Shown here in pieces: positions 1 through 12,429 of a DNA stretch of 64,000 bases. This DNA comes from Takakia lepidozioides (lineage: Eukaryota; Plantae; Bryophyta). A program made the translations under genes and the position numbers. The DNA is taken from positions 26,784,001 to 26,848,000 of the forward strand of contig CM060733.1 in assembly GCA_030704615.1 (NCBI GenBank). The letters are read 5' to 3'. The notes below the pieces were generated by a model that was not told the DNA's origin, did not search any database, and worked only from the letters and a program-made list of their open reading frames with translations. Numbering within the stretch: the stretch's first letter is position 1; each line of letters starts with the position of its first letter.

Positions 1-3000
1 CCTTGAGCAGACTCTGCAAGCGATGGCGATCCTTTTGGGCATCGGGGTGCACGGTACCCAGCTTCTCCTCCTTGACTCGTACCACCACTTCCAACAGCTT
101 GATAGCGTCCTCCAGTCTGCATGCCACGGGAGGACATCGACTGTACTTATCGACTGTACTTAAGATTGGCGGTCCAAGTGTAACTAGGCCAAGCAATTAC
201 TCCACTTGAGTGTTACTCTAGACAAGTTAGCTGAATGGCAAGGACATGGCAAGGACATGCTGGAGGATTTTGTTGACTGCACTGGAATCAGTACTTAAGC
301 CTCGCCAAAGTTTGAAATTGTGCAACAGGTACACACTGAAATCTCCAGCTAGAAATCTAGAACAGATCAACCTGATGCGGACATAATTTGCATCCAAGGA
401 ATATGCTCCTCTGAAATTGAGAAGAGCGACTGAGGTGAAATGACAGTTCTTTATCAAGTTATGGTCGCAAAATTAGACCGCGTAAATGCAGCAACGGTGG
501 CGTTGGAGAGGGTACCTTCCAAGCACATCGTAGGCGCCGGCAAGATTACTGCACACATCAATAGTATCAAGATGATGGGCTCCACAAATGTCCTCCAACG
601 CACTCTTGGCCTCCTCAAATAAGGATGCAGCTTGCTGGATCTCCCCGAGCTCAACAAATGTTACACCCGTCTGATTCAATAGCATGCCTAATAGAGCAGT
701 GTTCCTCACCCCTCCATCCCTGAGCTTCAAAGCTGCACTCTTGAATGCATCCAAGGCAAGCGGGAACTGTTTCATCATATGGTAGAGAATTGCCATCTGG
801 GCTTCGATCCCACCCACTGACACTTGCTGACCTATCAATTCGTCATCGCAAACAAGGAAATATGTTAAAAGGAAATACATACATGTGTAAGAATGATTCC
901 TTCACTCCCTTCTTCCAATTCCTGTACTGAACGATAGTGGGTCCGTAGAGATTTTCCAGCTTTTTGCCTTTGTATGTTTCCAAGGGGATATTAAATACTG
1001 CAGGATTTCTCGATGTTCCCGCCGACAATTGACCCTTCTTGCATAATGACTTCTTAGGGAGCGAATGAAAGCTGATCGACGATATAAGGACTGAGATTGG
1101 TTACCTGGCAAGCTATCTTGGATCTTGAGCGCTCGCTGAAGGAGGCGGAGCGCTAACTCCTCTTCATTCAATTGCTCTAGGACGGCGGCAATGCCAGTCA
1201 ATCCTTGAACGATATCTTCAGGGGCATGTTCAGCCTCTTGCTCTCTATAGATCCGCAGTGCACATTCACAGTAGGTTTTTGCGTCTCGAGGTTTGTTGGT
1301 TCTAAGGTAGAGTTCCGCTAACCTCACATAAACAGACGCTGTCAACGCATGATTGTCCCCTTTCAAGGCCTTGAATGCCTCGAGAGCTTTTTGGTAGGAA
1401 AGTTCTGCTTCTAAGTCCCGACCCAGTGCTAGGAGGGCATCGCCAATGCTCGAATTGACAGCAGCCACTTCAATCTACCAACATCACTCGCATTCACAGC
1501 AGACTGTATGATCAGAAGTTTTAGGTTTCCCCTCCTTCCCCTTCCCCTCCCCCTCCCCACACCGCGCCCCACCCCCACCCTAGAAAGTGCAGAACTGAGA
1601 AGATATAGCATTTCTCCCCAAGCTGCAAAGAGGCTCCAATCTTTGATCTAGCCAGTCCTAGCATGCTCGAGGACCAGTTGCAACAGCTGAAGTGAAGCGG
1701 CACGTAAGTGGATAGTAAATTAATCTGCAATGTCTAGACTACCCTCGTAGTACTTTTAATGCATTCTTATGTTTGTCCAGATGGTATCAATGGACCCATT
1801 GATGATGTGATGCATAGCCTACCATACTTCAACCGAAGGCACTGCTACTTGTAAAGATATTTTTGCCTTGAATTAAAGCAAGATCAGACAGATACCTCGT
1901 CTTCATTGGCTAGGAAGGTTGCACTTGCTTGTTCCAAATTGTCCAAAGACTTTTCGTGGTCTCCTTGCGCACTGTAGATGAGTGCCAGGAGTTGGCGATC
2001 ACGAGCTTCCTCAAGAGAACCTACCTCGCCGTGTTCGTTATGAATCGCTAATGCATGCTCACACAAGGCCTCTGCTTCAGGAAATTCCATTGCCTGCACT
2101 CATAACATTGTGCCCACCACTTAGGCTCTCCTTAGGCTCTTTCTCTTGCCAATACGCATGCTAATCGTCCTTGTGAATCTCCTCTCTGGTTAGTCGACCA
2201 CATATGGAGGGTCCACTGGCCTCTTCCGTAACAGCAAGTTCAGCCGGGGAAAGCAGGGGACAACACCACCAAGAAGAGCAAGAGCGGTGCACCAAACCAA
2301 ATACCAGGCAACACTAGTGAGAATCAGATGCAAACCTTTAGCTACATTCACAGCCAAAACCGGGTGCTTAGAATTTATTTGGGTACTTGATCAAGCAGAG
2401 ACGTCAACCTTGAGCAAAAGTTATTCTAGAGCTCAATCTTCCCGCCAATGTGCTCTCTCGTTGTGACAGGCATCAATATGCTTTCAGTTACAGTTGAATC
2501 ACATTTACTTCTGAAGGTAATGGACCTCCTTCTTTCATGGTCAACAGAACTCCTTCAGACTGTAGCTCAAGGACCCAGAAAAAACCCTGGCGCCAACCTC
2601 CATAGATGGTAACGTAGTTCGATATAGAAAGTCTAGAATTCCGGTTAAGGCAATCCAGTAGGTATTTATATTGTATTTATACTTAAGCAGAAGGCGTTAG
2701 TTATATGCAGCATCAGAAAAGACTGAGATGAATACCCATTCTAATCAAGGGATTTTGTACAATGGAAGGACGAACTTTAGAGCAAGAAGAAGGGGGCAAC
2801 AAAAGGAGCCAACTGATGGCTCACTGACCTGCAAGTGAGCTTCAGCAATGTAGTGGCAATTCTCTCCGACCCGAGGATCCAAATCTCCCAGTATCACCTT
2901 CTGGACTTCCAAAGCAGCATGATAGGATTGCAATGCGGTTCCCTGTTTTCCAACTAAATTCAATGTATCACCAAGCTGCATATGCCCTGCGAATTTTGCT

Positions 3001-3983
3001 AGGGCGTGCTCCTCACCTTCATTCAAGTCCGGGATAGTTACCGAGTGCTGAAGAAGATGAACGGCATCTTCATATTGGCCAAGCCGGCAATGCAAGGCTG
3101 CTAATATATGAAGGCTGAGAACCAGGTCGAGGCTCGAACTTGCATTAGAGTATTTCTCATAAAACTTGACGGCCCGGGTGCTGTACTGAAGCGCCTTGAC
3201 TGGATTATCTCCCGAGGCATACAGTTTTGCAAGCTTGAGCAAATATGGACCCAGGTGGGGTATATCTGACAGAGTGTCATCATCTTTCATGTACGCATCG
3301 ATAATGGAAATGGGTATCAACTTTCGGGGCGCAGTACCTGGACTCACAACTTCATCATCGCTCTTGCTATCACTGAGACTGGTTGCTCTCCTTTGTGTGA
3401 CTCCCTGCCGGACCTTTGTAGAAGGACTTTCGGTCGTTTGGTTCCGGAGCATCCGGTCAAACTCCTGCCTCTTTGCAGCATCTTCAAAGGATGCTGCCTC
3501 CCAGGGGCCTGTTGCAAATGAGTCTTCCGCATACTCCTCTAGTGACCCCGCTACTTCTTCGTCCTCATTCTGGGATCCGTCGGTCTCGGGGCCAAATTGC
3601 TGCAATTTTCTGGGAACAAATTGTGATGAATGATGTGAGCCATTGGTCTTTCCATTGGAGAACAATTCGGTCTCACACACACCGTTATGTTGCTTTTCTT
3701 GCGCGATTTCCTCTGCTGGAGGCGCATTCTTTTTTCCATTTCTAGACACTTTTGCGGCCAAGCGTGGTACCTTAGCAGATGACAGTGATTTTTGGGCGAA
3801 CTCTGGGGATTTCTTTGGAGAAACTTTGGTGAATGTCCTCCAGGTCTTGCCCTGCGCTTTCGAGGAAGCACGTGAGATTGATTTTGTGCCCTTGCTCTTT
3901 CCATTGATAGCTGCAGGGGCCGATACCGTAAAGGCGATATCACTCTTCGTTGCCGGGGATCTCTCCATCACGAGGGGTGGCAT
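1..3983 (-). CDS. Kinesin light chain-related TPR protein (KLCR/CMU-like), multi-exon, 3' end beyond window edge
   Basis: GT-AG exons at 3983-2829, 2093-1896, 1474-1105, 831-516 and 116-<1. A disordered N-terminus is followed by KLCR-type TPR sequence (HLGPYLLKLA, LHILAALHCRLGQYEDA, FAGHMQLGDT, HALTASVYVRLAELY, HHLDTIDVCSNLAGAYDVLGR, EEKLGTVHPD). Confidence 0.9.
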
Positions 3984-5564
3984 TGCTCAAGTTCGAAGTT
4001 ATCGGATACGAAACAATTCCAGCCCCACGCACAGACCTCAAGGGAACACGGAAGAGAGATGGACCGACAGATCAAGAACTCACATGATCACAGCCAGAAA
4101 ATAAGGTACGTTGTTTGCACAGACTCAAAAGATCTGCAAAAGTTCGTGCGGCCAAACCCAAATATATCGCCCTCTTAACTGCAAAAGCTATCACATCATC
4201 GTCAATCACACCAACTAAGCAGCTTCGACAAGAGCGGAAGAGATCCTGGGTAACCAAATGTGCAACACTCATGCAATTTACCTCACAAGCACTGATTCTT
4301 ATTAGCGGGCAATGTTCATATTCATGTCCACGTCTGCCTGTTGCTGTACTCCACAGAAGCAATTCCCCCCCTCAATCTTTGTTGGATTTTGTTCACTTAA
4401 CAAATCCGCATCAGACCTCGTGTGACCTCTCGTAAAGCAGGTCTACTACTCTCACACTCATTGAATGATATGTATCATGCCCAGAATCTGTCCTATACTA
4501 TATTGCAGGTTACAGTAGATCAGTTTATCAACCAACCCGGGTCTTGTCCACAGCCCAAGTAACTCAGGCTTTGGGCATAATCACGAAAAGGTAACGGACC
4601 CACCTCAGTGATCCTTCGAAAAAATTTCTCCAACCATGCATTGACCCCTCCATGGGTTGTGCATCAGTTCTTCGTAAATTTGCTTGTGTTTAAAAGTTAT
4701 AGAAAACGGTATGTGGATCGATGGTCTGGTTTGGAATCAGTGGCTTTCCGCGTACTGAGTGCAGAACACGATGAGGATTGAGAGAATGATGGGAAAAAAC
4801 AAAGATACCGACAATGTACGATTGTGACAGCGAGAAACGCAAGAATCAGAATGATAGAGAGTGGCCCAGCCTCGGCCTTCGCATAATGTGGCCCGACTTC
4901 CATACGGTATAATGCATCGCAATGGGCCCAGTCACCAAACATGTCAGCCATTTTGGATCGGAATGTTGGAGTCAACTTTGAAGTGGCGGCAGTGGATAAA
5001 GTCCTGAGTGTATACAAATACAAAGGGGGCTACCCCACACTTGTAACTAAGAACCTGAAACCAGTTCCACTAAGGGCCTCAGTAGTAAGGGGCTTCACGT
5101 CTATGAGCATCCAAAATCATGGAGTCCTTCCTTTTGAGCTTTGTTCATGAGTTGTAAAAGATGGTGGGGCTGCCGCCCAATCATTCCCTTGGAAACAATA
5201 ATGAAGTGAGCGTGTGTAACCAATCAAGTGAATGTTTTACTAGGTAGCACAATTTCGAACCTACTTTCGAATTGAGTAGACAAAATATGCAATCATTTTG
5301 TGGGAAGTATGATGTATGGAGGATGCGAAGCTTAACTTTGGTCTCAAGTCTCAACTTTCGTTCGCAAGGGATACTATTTTCTGCTCTATGGTAGCTTCTA
5401 TTTTGTGGGGGATTTGCTTAGTAAAGCTTTGCCTTGCCACAAGTATGGAACCTACTATAGTGGGGGCCACAACACATCCACCAACCAAGAATAAGATCAC
5501 ACCATCACAAAGTAGCATCCACAACACATCCATTTTGCGATAGTTCACACAAAACTACACTTAA

Positions 5565-6398
5565 CCCCTAATGGACGAGGCGACCGTTTCGGATCGTGTC
5601 AGGGTCGTGTCAGAAATCATCCACGATGGCAAATCGTTGGATGACCTTGGATGAAAAAACTTTCTGAACGAAAGTTGTGCACCTTGATGTCATGCACCTG
5701 CCCGTCTTTATGGCACCCTAAAATAATGAAAGTCCTGCCGTCAGTAATTTTTTTAGTGTGCACGGGTGCCCAAAATTGGTCGTCCAGCAGCTTTGACTTA
5801 GTGACGTGGCAGGAAGAGGTGACAACAACGCAAAAGTACAAATGGAAACAAATGCAAATCTGTGCCTGAATTTTTATTAGAATTCTGAATTTCTTTTTGG
5901 AGGTAGTAGTTCATCATTCAAGGAACACTTTCACCGCAGCAATTGTGATTCCAAGGAAATTTAGACCCCCTAAGCCTGAATTACATGTCATTTGAGCTTC
6001 ATGGTGTGTTTTGACCCCCCTGTTTTTCCATACAAAGCAACCTTATCAAGATTTTGGAATTCTGCTTTGAAACTTTGGGGCAACATGCTTTAGGTGCCAC
6101 ATAATTGGAATCTGGATGGGATCTTGCGAGGAAAAAATATTTTGTCGATCCAATTTGCTGGTCAAACCATTTTTCCACTCTAAATTTGGAGTGTACCCCA
6201 AATTTGGGGCTTGCAGATTTCTTATAATCTTCGAAACGACACGGTGGAATGAGCTAAAATTTTCACAGAATTGGATGAAGTAGATAGCCTCCCATTCATA
6301 CGGTTCATCCTTGTGGATGTTAATTTCCTGAGAGATATACCCTCATCCGAGGGTATGTCCTGAGGGGGCCCACCAAAAACTGCCTCGTCCATTATGGG
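5565..6398. mobile_element. piggyBac-like non-autonomous element (MITE), 834 bp
   Basis: TTAA at 5561-5564 and 6399-6402. 17-bp TIRs CCCCTAATGGACGAGGC / CCCATAATGGACGAGGC (1 mismatch). No convincing ORF inside. Confidence 0.8.
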
Positions 6399-7039
6399 TT
6401 AAAAGCGTGCAAACTGCAAACATCGGTGGATTAAGTTGGAAAATACAAGCTAATCTTAATGGCCAAGTGAATGTCTCCATAGGCTATATCGATTATCACC
6501 ATCATCTTTCACACATCCACTCCAACTAGATAGTCCAAGTGACTGTAAACATGGGACATATTAGCCACCCTTTCATTAGATCTATGAGAAAAGTGTGTTT
6601 TACGGTAAAAACCGAATCCAATGCACTAATATTAATATTAATATTAATATTAATATAATATATACTATATGACGCCTCCTAAATAAAGCGTAAATTATGG
6701 TGTCACTTGACCCCGAAGGGCTACTACCTTCCAGGAGGAAGGTGGACACCTTTGTGACACCAATAGGTGAATTGAATCGACAAGTGGTTGTCGAAGTAGA
6801 TGCAACATTATGGATTGCATAGAACAAAAGATGTCTGCAAATGACTCCAAAATGATTCTAGGGTTCTTTTGCTTAGTAGAGCTTCCCTTCTCCATCCTCT
6901 AGGGTAGAAATACCAATCATGGCGCACCAAACCAGTTAAATGAGCATAAATTGTTCTGATTTTTACCTATAAAGCCATATAAGATATTAATAAAAAAAAC
7001 CCTTCAAATAGGCTAAATTTCGTAAAGTATCTTGTATCT

Positions 7040-8183
7040 TCCAATTATGAGCTTTCACGACCCTAAGATCAGTGTTTTTTTATGGCAAGTGGCCAACACG
7101 GTTCTCAAGGTGGGCCAGTTTCTAAATTTCAATGATGCACTCCTCTGCCATTGTTGTGCCAACCAAACCATAGAAACTCTTGAGCACTGCCTTTTCCATT
7201 GTCTGGCACCCTCAAGCGTTTGGCCTCTCGCTCAAGGCTTTTACAGGTCTTGGGAAACCATGCACTTTGGATCCCTGGCAATTCTTCTTAACTACAACCA
7301 TAGGCAGAAATCCAAAGCTTCAGAATGTCCAGTTTTTGAAGCTCTAAGATGGTCTGTTCTCTGGAACATATGGAAAAGTCATTGCGCATGGTTCTTCAAC
7401 AAACAAAACACCTCGGCTACAGATATACTGTCTCTAGTTTTCTTTGATCTAACAATTGTGGCTTAAATAGCTTGGGCTTCCTTGTGTGTAGTGGCGGCCA
7501 AGAAGCCAGAACGTCTGCCCGCCCTCATCTCCAAGTTCAGGGCCACTTGGGGCAACAATGGGATCATTTGTTCATGCTCCAGTGACCTCACCTATGTTTG
7601 GGTAGACAGAAATCCGCCTTCATGGGAGGGACATAGAAATCCCCTCTTCGGCCTCCCCTGAATTCGACAGATCTGAGATCAACTAGGAAACATGTTCGGT
7701 CATCTTCAGCAGCGCGGCTCCACTTCCACCATTGAATTCCCCTTCTTGCTTGCTTTATTCCCTCCTAGCTACCCCCTCTCCCTCTCAACCCCCTGCTCCG
7801 TCTCTCTATGTTGCACGCCATTCCGTTCTACTTCTCCCTCACTTCCATCTCCTTAGGATTCCTCCCCACTAGACCCCCCTGCATAGTATAGACTTGGTTC
7901 CATTTGTCACACCCACGGTCAAGGCACTTCCTCATGGTGATCACTCATTATTTCAGGCTATAGGCCTTTGATCTTTTGGTGTCGACTATAGGCCCAGGCG
8001 CATAACTCTCGGATATTGGTCTTAGTTATCCGGCACGACATCCATGCGAACAGCCTTATGGCAATCTAAGGGTTTTAATTTTTTTCCCTTCAATAATTTC
8101 TCAATAAAACAACATCCAGGGCCGATGTCCCAAGTTCATTAAATTTATTAAAAAAATAAAAAATAAAAATAAAAATAAAAAAA
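7040..8183 (+). mobile_element. 5'-truncated L1-type LINE remnant (zf-RVT domain, 3' UTR, A-rich tail)
   Basis: ORF 7032-7466 has the zf-RVT pattern KISVFLW...CHCC...ETLEHCLFHC...VW...LWNIWK. A-rich tail at ~8149-8183. Confidence 0.75.
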
Positions 8184-8380
8184 CCATAGTAAGGGGGGTC
8201 AGTGGTTGCATATGGCCCACCTGACCCTGTCAATGTGGTTCAAAGACAACGAGTCACCGTGGTGGGTTCTATGCCAGCGCATTTTTTATTATATGTTTGT
8301 TCGAGTACTGAGTAGATTGCTCCCTTTGCAGCTTAGTGTGTGTCAATGATAGTTTAAAACATGATATGCAAAAATAACTA

Positions 8381-8673
8381 GCCAAGCATTAGATGGGGCC
8401 CTGGAGTTGAATGCGAGGGGCCCGGTTCCGCCAGCGTGGACCCCCCCCCCCACCGCTCCAACGCCTGCACACTGCGGGGCTGCTGCCGCACGACACTCCC
8501 TCCCGCGCCTCATGTTCCCGCTTCCAGGACATGAGACGTGCCCTCTCCCACATTCCCATCCCTCCTCCCATCCTGCCCTATGCATGGCATCGCCCTCCAT
8601 ACCCCATGCATGCCTTCATATTCCCCATGCTACATGGCATCCCAAGCATACATCATGCCCTCTTTCAAAAATC
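8381..8673 (+). repeat. Left TIR of Pack-MULE
   Basis: Reverse complement of 15168-15468 with scattered substitutions and small indels. Confidence 0.9.
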
Positions 8674-9041
8674 ATTCTGACATCTATTCAAATTTCAAAT
8701 GGCAAATCTGAAGAAAGAATGGACGTTGGGATATATGTCATATCGTCACATACACTCCAACCCTAATCCAGGGTTCTGCTACCCTCATCGTGCATTTCCT
8801 TGTACAATAGTTCTCTCCATGCCTTCCAAACGCGTCCCCACCCTGGCACTCTACGTTCACCTTCCATATTGAATTGTGTTTGTATAATGTTGCCTACATG
8901 AACATGTTGCATTGCATTGTAAGTTGCAATCGTGTGGATGTCTGGCCCACATGAAGAAGTTTGTGCTTGCATAGGGTCCAATTTGTTGTCTGATGCATGA
9001 ATTTCCATTGCAGCTATACATGCCCACAATCTGCCAGCACC

Positions 9042-11276
9042 ATGTGGTTGAATCTATGGCTGCCCAGGGGCCCACTGGTGGTTTTCACAGAGAAGTCCAA
9101 GATCACCAGACTTCAAACATAAGTGCGCAAAGGAGGCACGTTGGATAGCAGGTTGGTTGAACCCTCCTTGGGTGAAAGCAGAGCTGGCTGCCATGATACA
9201 AGGTCTAGCACAATGTGGTGATGCAAGGACACTATGTATGGCAGGGCGACTGAAAGACGCGGTGCACATTTTGAACTGGCCAAGATATTTCGGCAGACTC
9301 CGACACTTACGTCCGTCTCTTGGTGGAGTGCATCAACATGCAAGGCCTAGAAGAAGGAAAGCAAGTGCATGCCCACATTATCCGAACTGGGTTCAAGCCA
9401 AAAGTCTTCTTACTTAACACCCTTATGAACATTTACGCCAAGTGCAGGAGCGTGCTGGATGCACGGCAAGTGTTTAACAACGTGCCTAAACGAGTGATAT
9501 TTACCTGGAATATAATGATAGCAGGATATGCCAATTATGGGTGCGGGAGGGAGGCAATTGAGATGTATGAGCAAATGATGCAGGAAGGGACGACACCTAA
9601 TAAGGTGACATTCATATGCATTGGCAAAGCATGTGCCTGTCTAGCATCCCTGGAGAAGGGCAAAGGGGTCCATGCCGACATTATCAGAGCTGGGATTGCA
9701 CCAGATGTGATTCCTGGAGACTACCCTTGTTGACATGTATGCCAAATGTGGGAGCATGCAGTATGCGCCTCAAGTGTTCGATAATTATACTCATCATGGG
9801 TGTTGTATGGAGGCTTTTGAGATGTATGAGCAAATGATACAGGAAGAGGTGACTCCGGACAAAATAGCTTTCATTTGCGTTCTCAGGGCGTGTGGCAGCC
9901 TGGCAGCCCTGGAGAAGGGCAAAGAGGTTCATGCTAACATTATCAAATGTGGAATTCCACCGGATATCATCCTGGAGACTGCCCTCACAAACATGTACGC
10001 CAAATGTGGGAACATGAAGGATGCGCTTGAACTGTTTGACAACATGGCTGAGCGTGATGCTGCATCATGGAGCGCTATGATTGCAGGATATGCTCAGAAT
10101 CATTGTGGTAGGGAAGCTTTTGGCATCTATGACCACATGATCAAGGAAGGCGTGGCACCAAACAAGTCACATATACTCAATGCTTGTGCCAGCCTTGCAA
10201 GCCTGGAAAAGGGCAAAGAACTGCATGCTGAGATAATCAAAGTTGGAATCCCAGCAGATGTCATTCTAGACACTGCCCTTGATAACATTATGCAAAATGT
10301 GGGAGCATGGAGGATGCCATTCAACTGTTTGACAATATAGCTCAACGGAATGTGGTTTCATGGAATGCAGTGATTGCAGGATGTGGTCAGCATGGTTGTG
10401 CCAGGGAGGCCCTTCAACTATTTGAACAAATGCAAGAGAAAGGGTTGAAGCCAAATAATGTCACCTTTATTTGTGTTCTCTCTGTATGTAGCCATTTAAG
10501 GCGAGTGGATGAGGGTTGTCACTACTTTGATTACATGAATCAAGTTCATGGCCTTGCTCCTACAGTGGAGCATTCTGGCCGCATGGTGGACCTTTTTGCG
10601 CGTGCGGGAAAATTGGTTGATGCGGAGGAGTTTTGCCAACAGAATGTCTATCAAATCAGGTGCTTCAGTGTGGGGGGCCTTGCTTGGTGCCTGCAGAATT
10701 CATGGCAATGTGGAGGTAGCCGAACGTGTGGCAAAATGCCTCCTGCAGTTGAATCCGCAGGAGGCTGTGACTTATGTGTTGCTATCAAACATCTATGCTG
10801 CAGCTGGCAGGTGGGACGATTCAGCAAAAGTGAAAAAACTGATGTAGGACAGAGGTGTGAGAAAAGAACCAGGGCACAACTACATTAAGGTGGACAACCG
10901 GGTGCACACATTCGTTGAAGAAGAGAATTCGCATCCACAAATTGAGGCAATCCATGCCGAGCTGAAGAGATTGTCTATGTGCATGAAAGAGGCTGGGTAT
11001 GTACCTGACACACAGTTTGTATTGCATGATGTGGAGGTGGAGCAAAAAGAAGTTTCTCTTTGTCACCACAATGAGAAGCTGATGATTGCTTTTGGGCTCA
11101 TGAGCATCCCCCCTGGGATGCCCATCCATGTCATCAAAAACCTACGGATGTGTGGTGACTGCCACACCGCTACCAAATTCATATCAAAGATTATTGGTCG
11201 TACAATTGTTGGGCGTGATACCAACCGCTTTCACCACTTCCAAGATGGGGATTGCTCTTGTGTGGATTATTGGTGA
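9042..11276 (+). pseudogene. PLS-class PPR-E-DYW RNA-editing factor, disrupted
   Basis: PLS motifs (VVSWNAVIAG, CASLASLEKGKELH, MYAKCG), E domain, PG box (RKEPG) and a full DYW domain ending CSCVDYW. Several frameshifts, an internal deletion near 9785 and an in-frame TAG at 10845-10847. Start position approximate. Confidence 0.9.
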
Positions 11277-12429
11277 AAAAAGCAGCAAACGTGTTGCCTC
11301 AAGCAGGTAATAAACAAGTGTTTCATTGAAAACGTCTCAACTGTCCCTGTGAACTACCCATATGATCTCTTTACCACCAAAAACTTTAAAGTGATTCATT
11401 CATGGTGAATATTGCCATCCACGTGCAACACTGAAGTGCCATATTTATGGCAGGCCTTATTGCAGAGCAGTGTTGATTCATCCATGCCAACGATCACAAT
11501 CATAGACATTATCGAACAGCGGGAGTACCAAACTGACGGGAAGCTTCATTGCAGGGGAGAATGAATCACCAAACAGCTGAAGTATTGGATTGCAAGGTGT
11601 GTTAGTCCATCATGGTGATAGTCACCATCTGTGTACATCTTCAAACAGCTGGAGCACCAAATTCGCGGAAAGTCTTATTGGGGCAAAATATTGATTTATT
11701 CATGGTGATGATCACCATCCGCGTACATCAGTCAACAGCTGGAATACTGAATTCGTGGAAGCCAGGTGTTACCAGCTTCCACAAGAAACATGTTATGGAG
11801 TTGAAAGTTCTTTTACCAAAAAAGGTTGAACAATGGGATCACAAAATCATTGAGGATGCAAACGCACACATTCCTAATTGCTGAATGTAAAACGTCCTTT
11901 CCTTTTTGTTGCCAGAATCTGAAAAAATGCCTAGAATTGATAACAGAACCGACATTCTAGTAATATAGTCATGTACCATGTTCCAGTTTGCGTTTGGAAG
12001 TTCCATATACCCTCTTCTGCCGGCTGCCCGAACCGTTCCTATTCAAATGCCACCCAATCAAGTGACAAGGACACGTGTGCAGCCCAATCCCTTCCTACAC
12101 AACACGTGTACACTTTGGGATGGATGCATGCATGATTGTTTTTTCATGCAAGTTGGAGCAACTTTGGGATGTATGAACTGTCATGGATGAAGGTTAAAAG
12201 TTATCATGCTATGAATGAAAACACATACAGAAAGTATGAGTGCATATGTGCATATAGACTAAGTGCCTGTACAAGGGAATGATTCCATTAGTCATGAATG
12301 GTATCATGAAACCATAAGAGTGTAATACCATTCCCATCCCCAATGGGAGGAATGCATGCATGCAAGGTTTGAGATGGAAGTTGGACCCACTTTGAAGAAA
12401 ATATGGATATGCACTCTGTTGCATTCATG

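Noticed and set aside
10845-10847. Stop codon repaired by U-to-C RNA editing
   Set aside because: Plant U-to-C editing is organellar; this is a nuclear locus with additional deletions and frameshifts.
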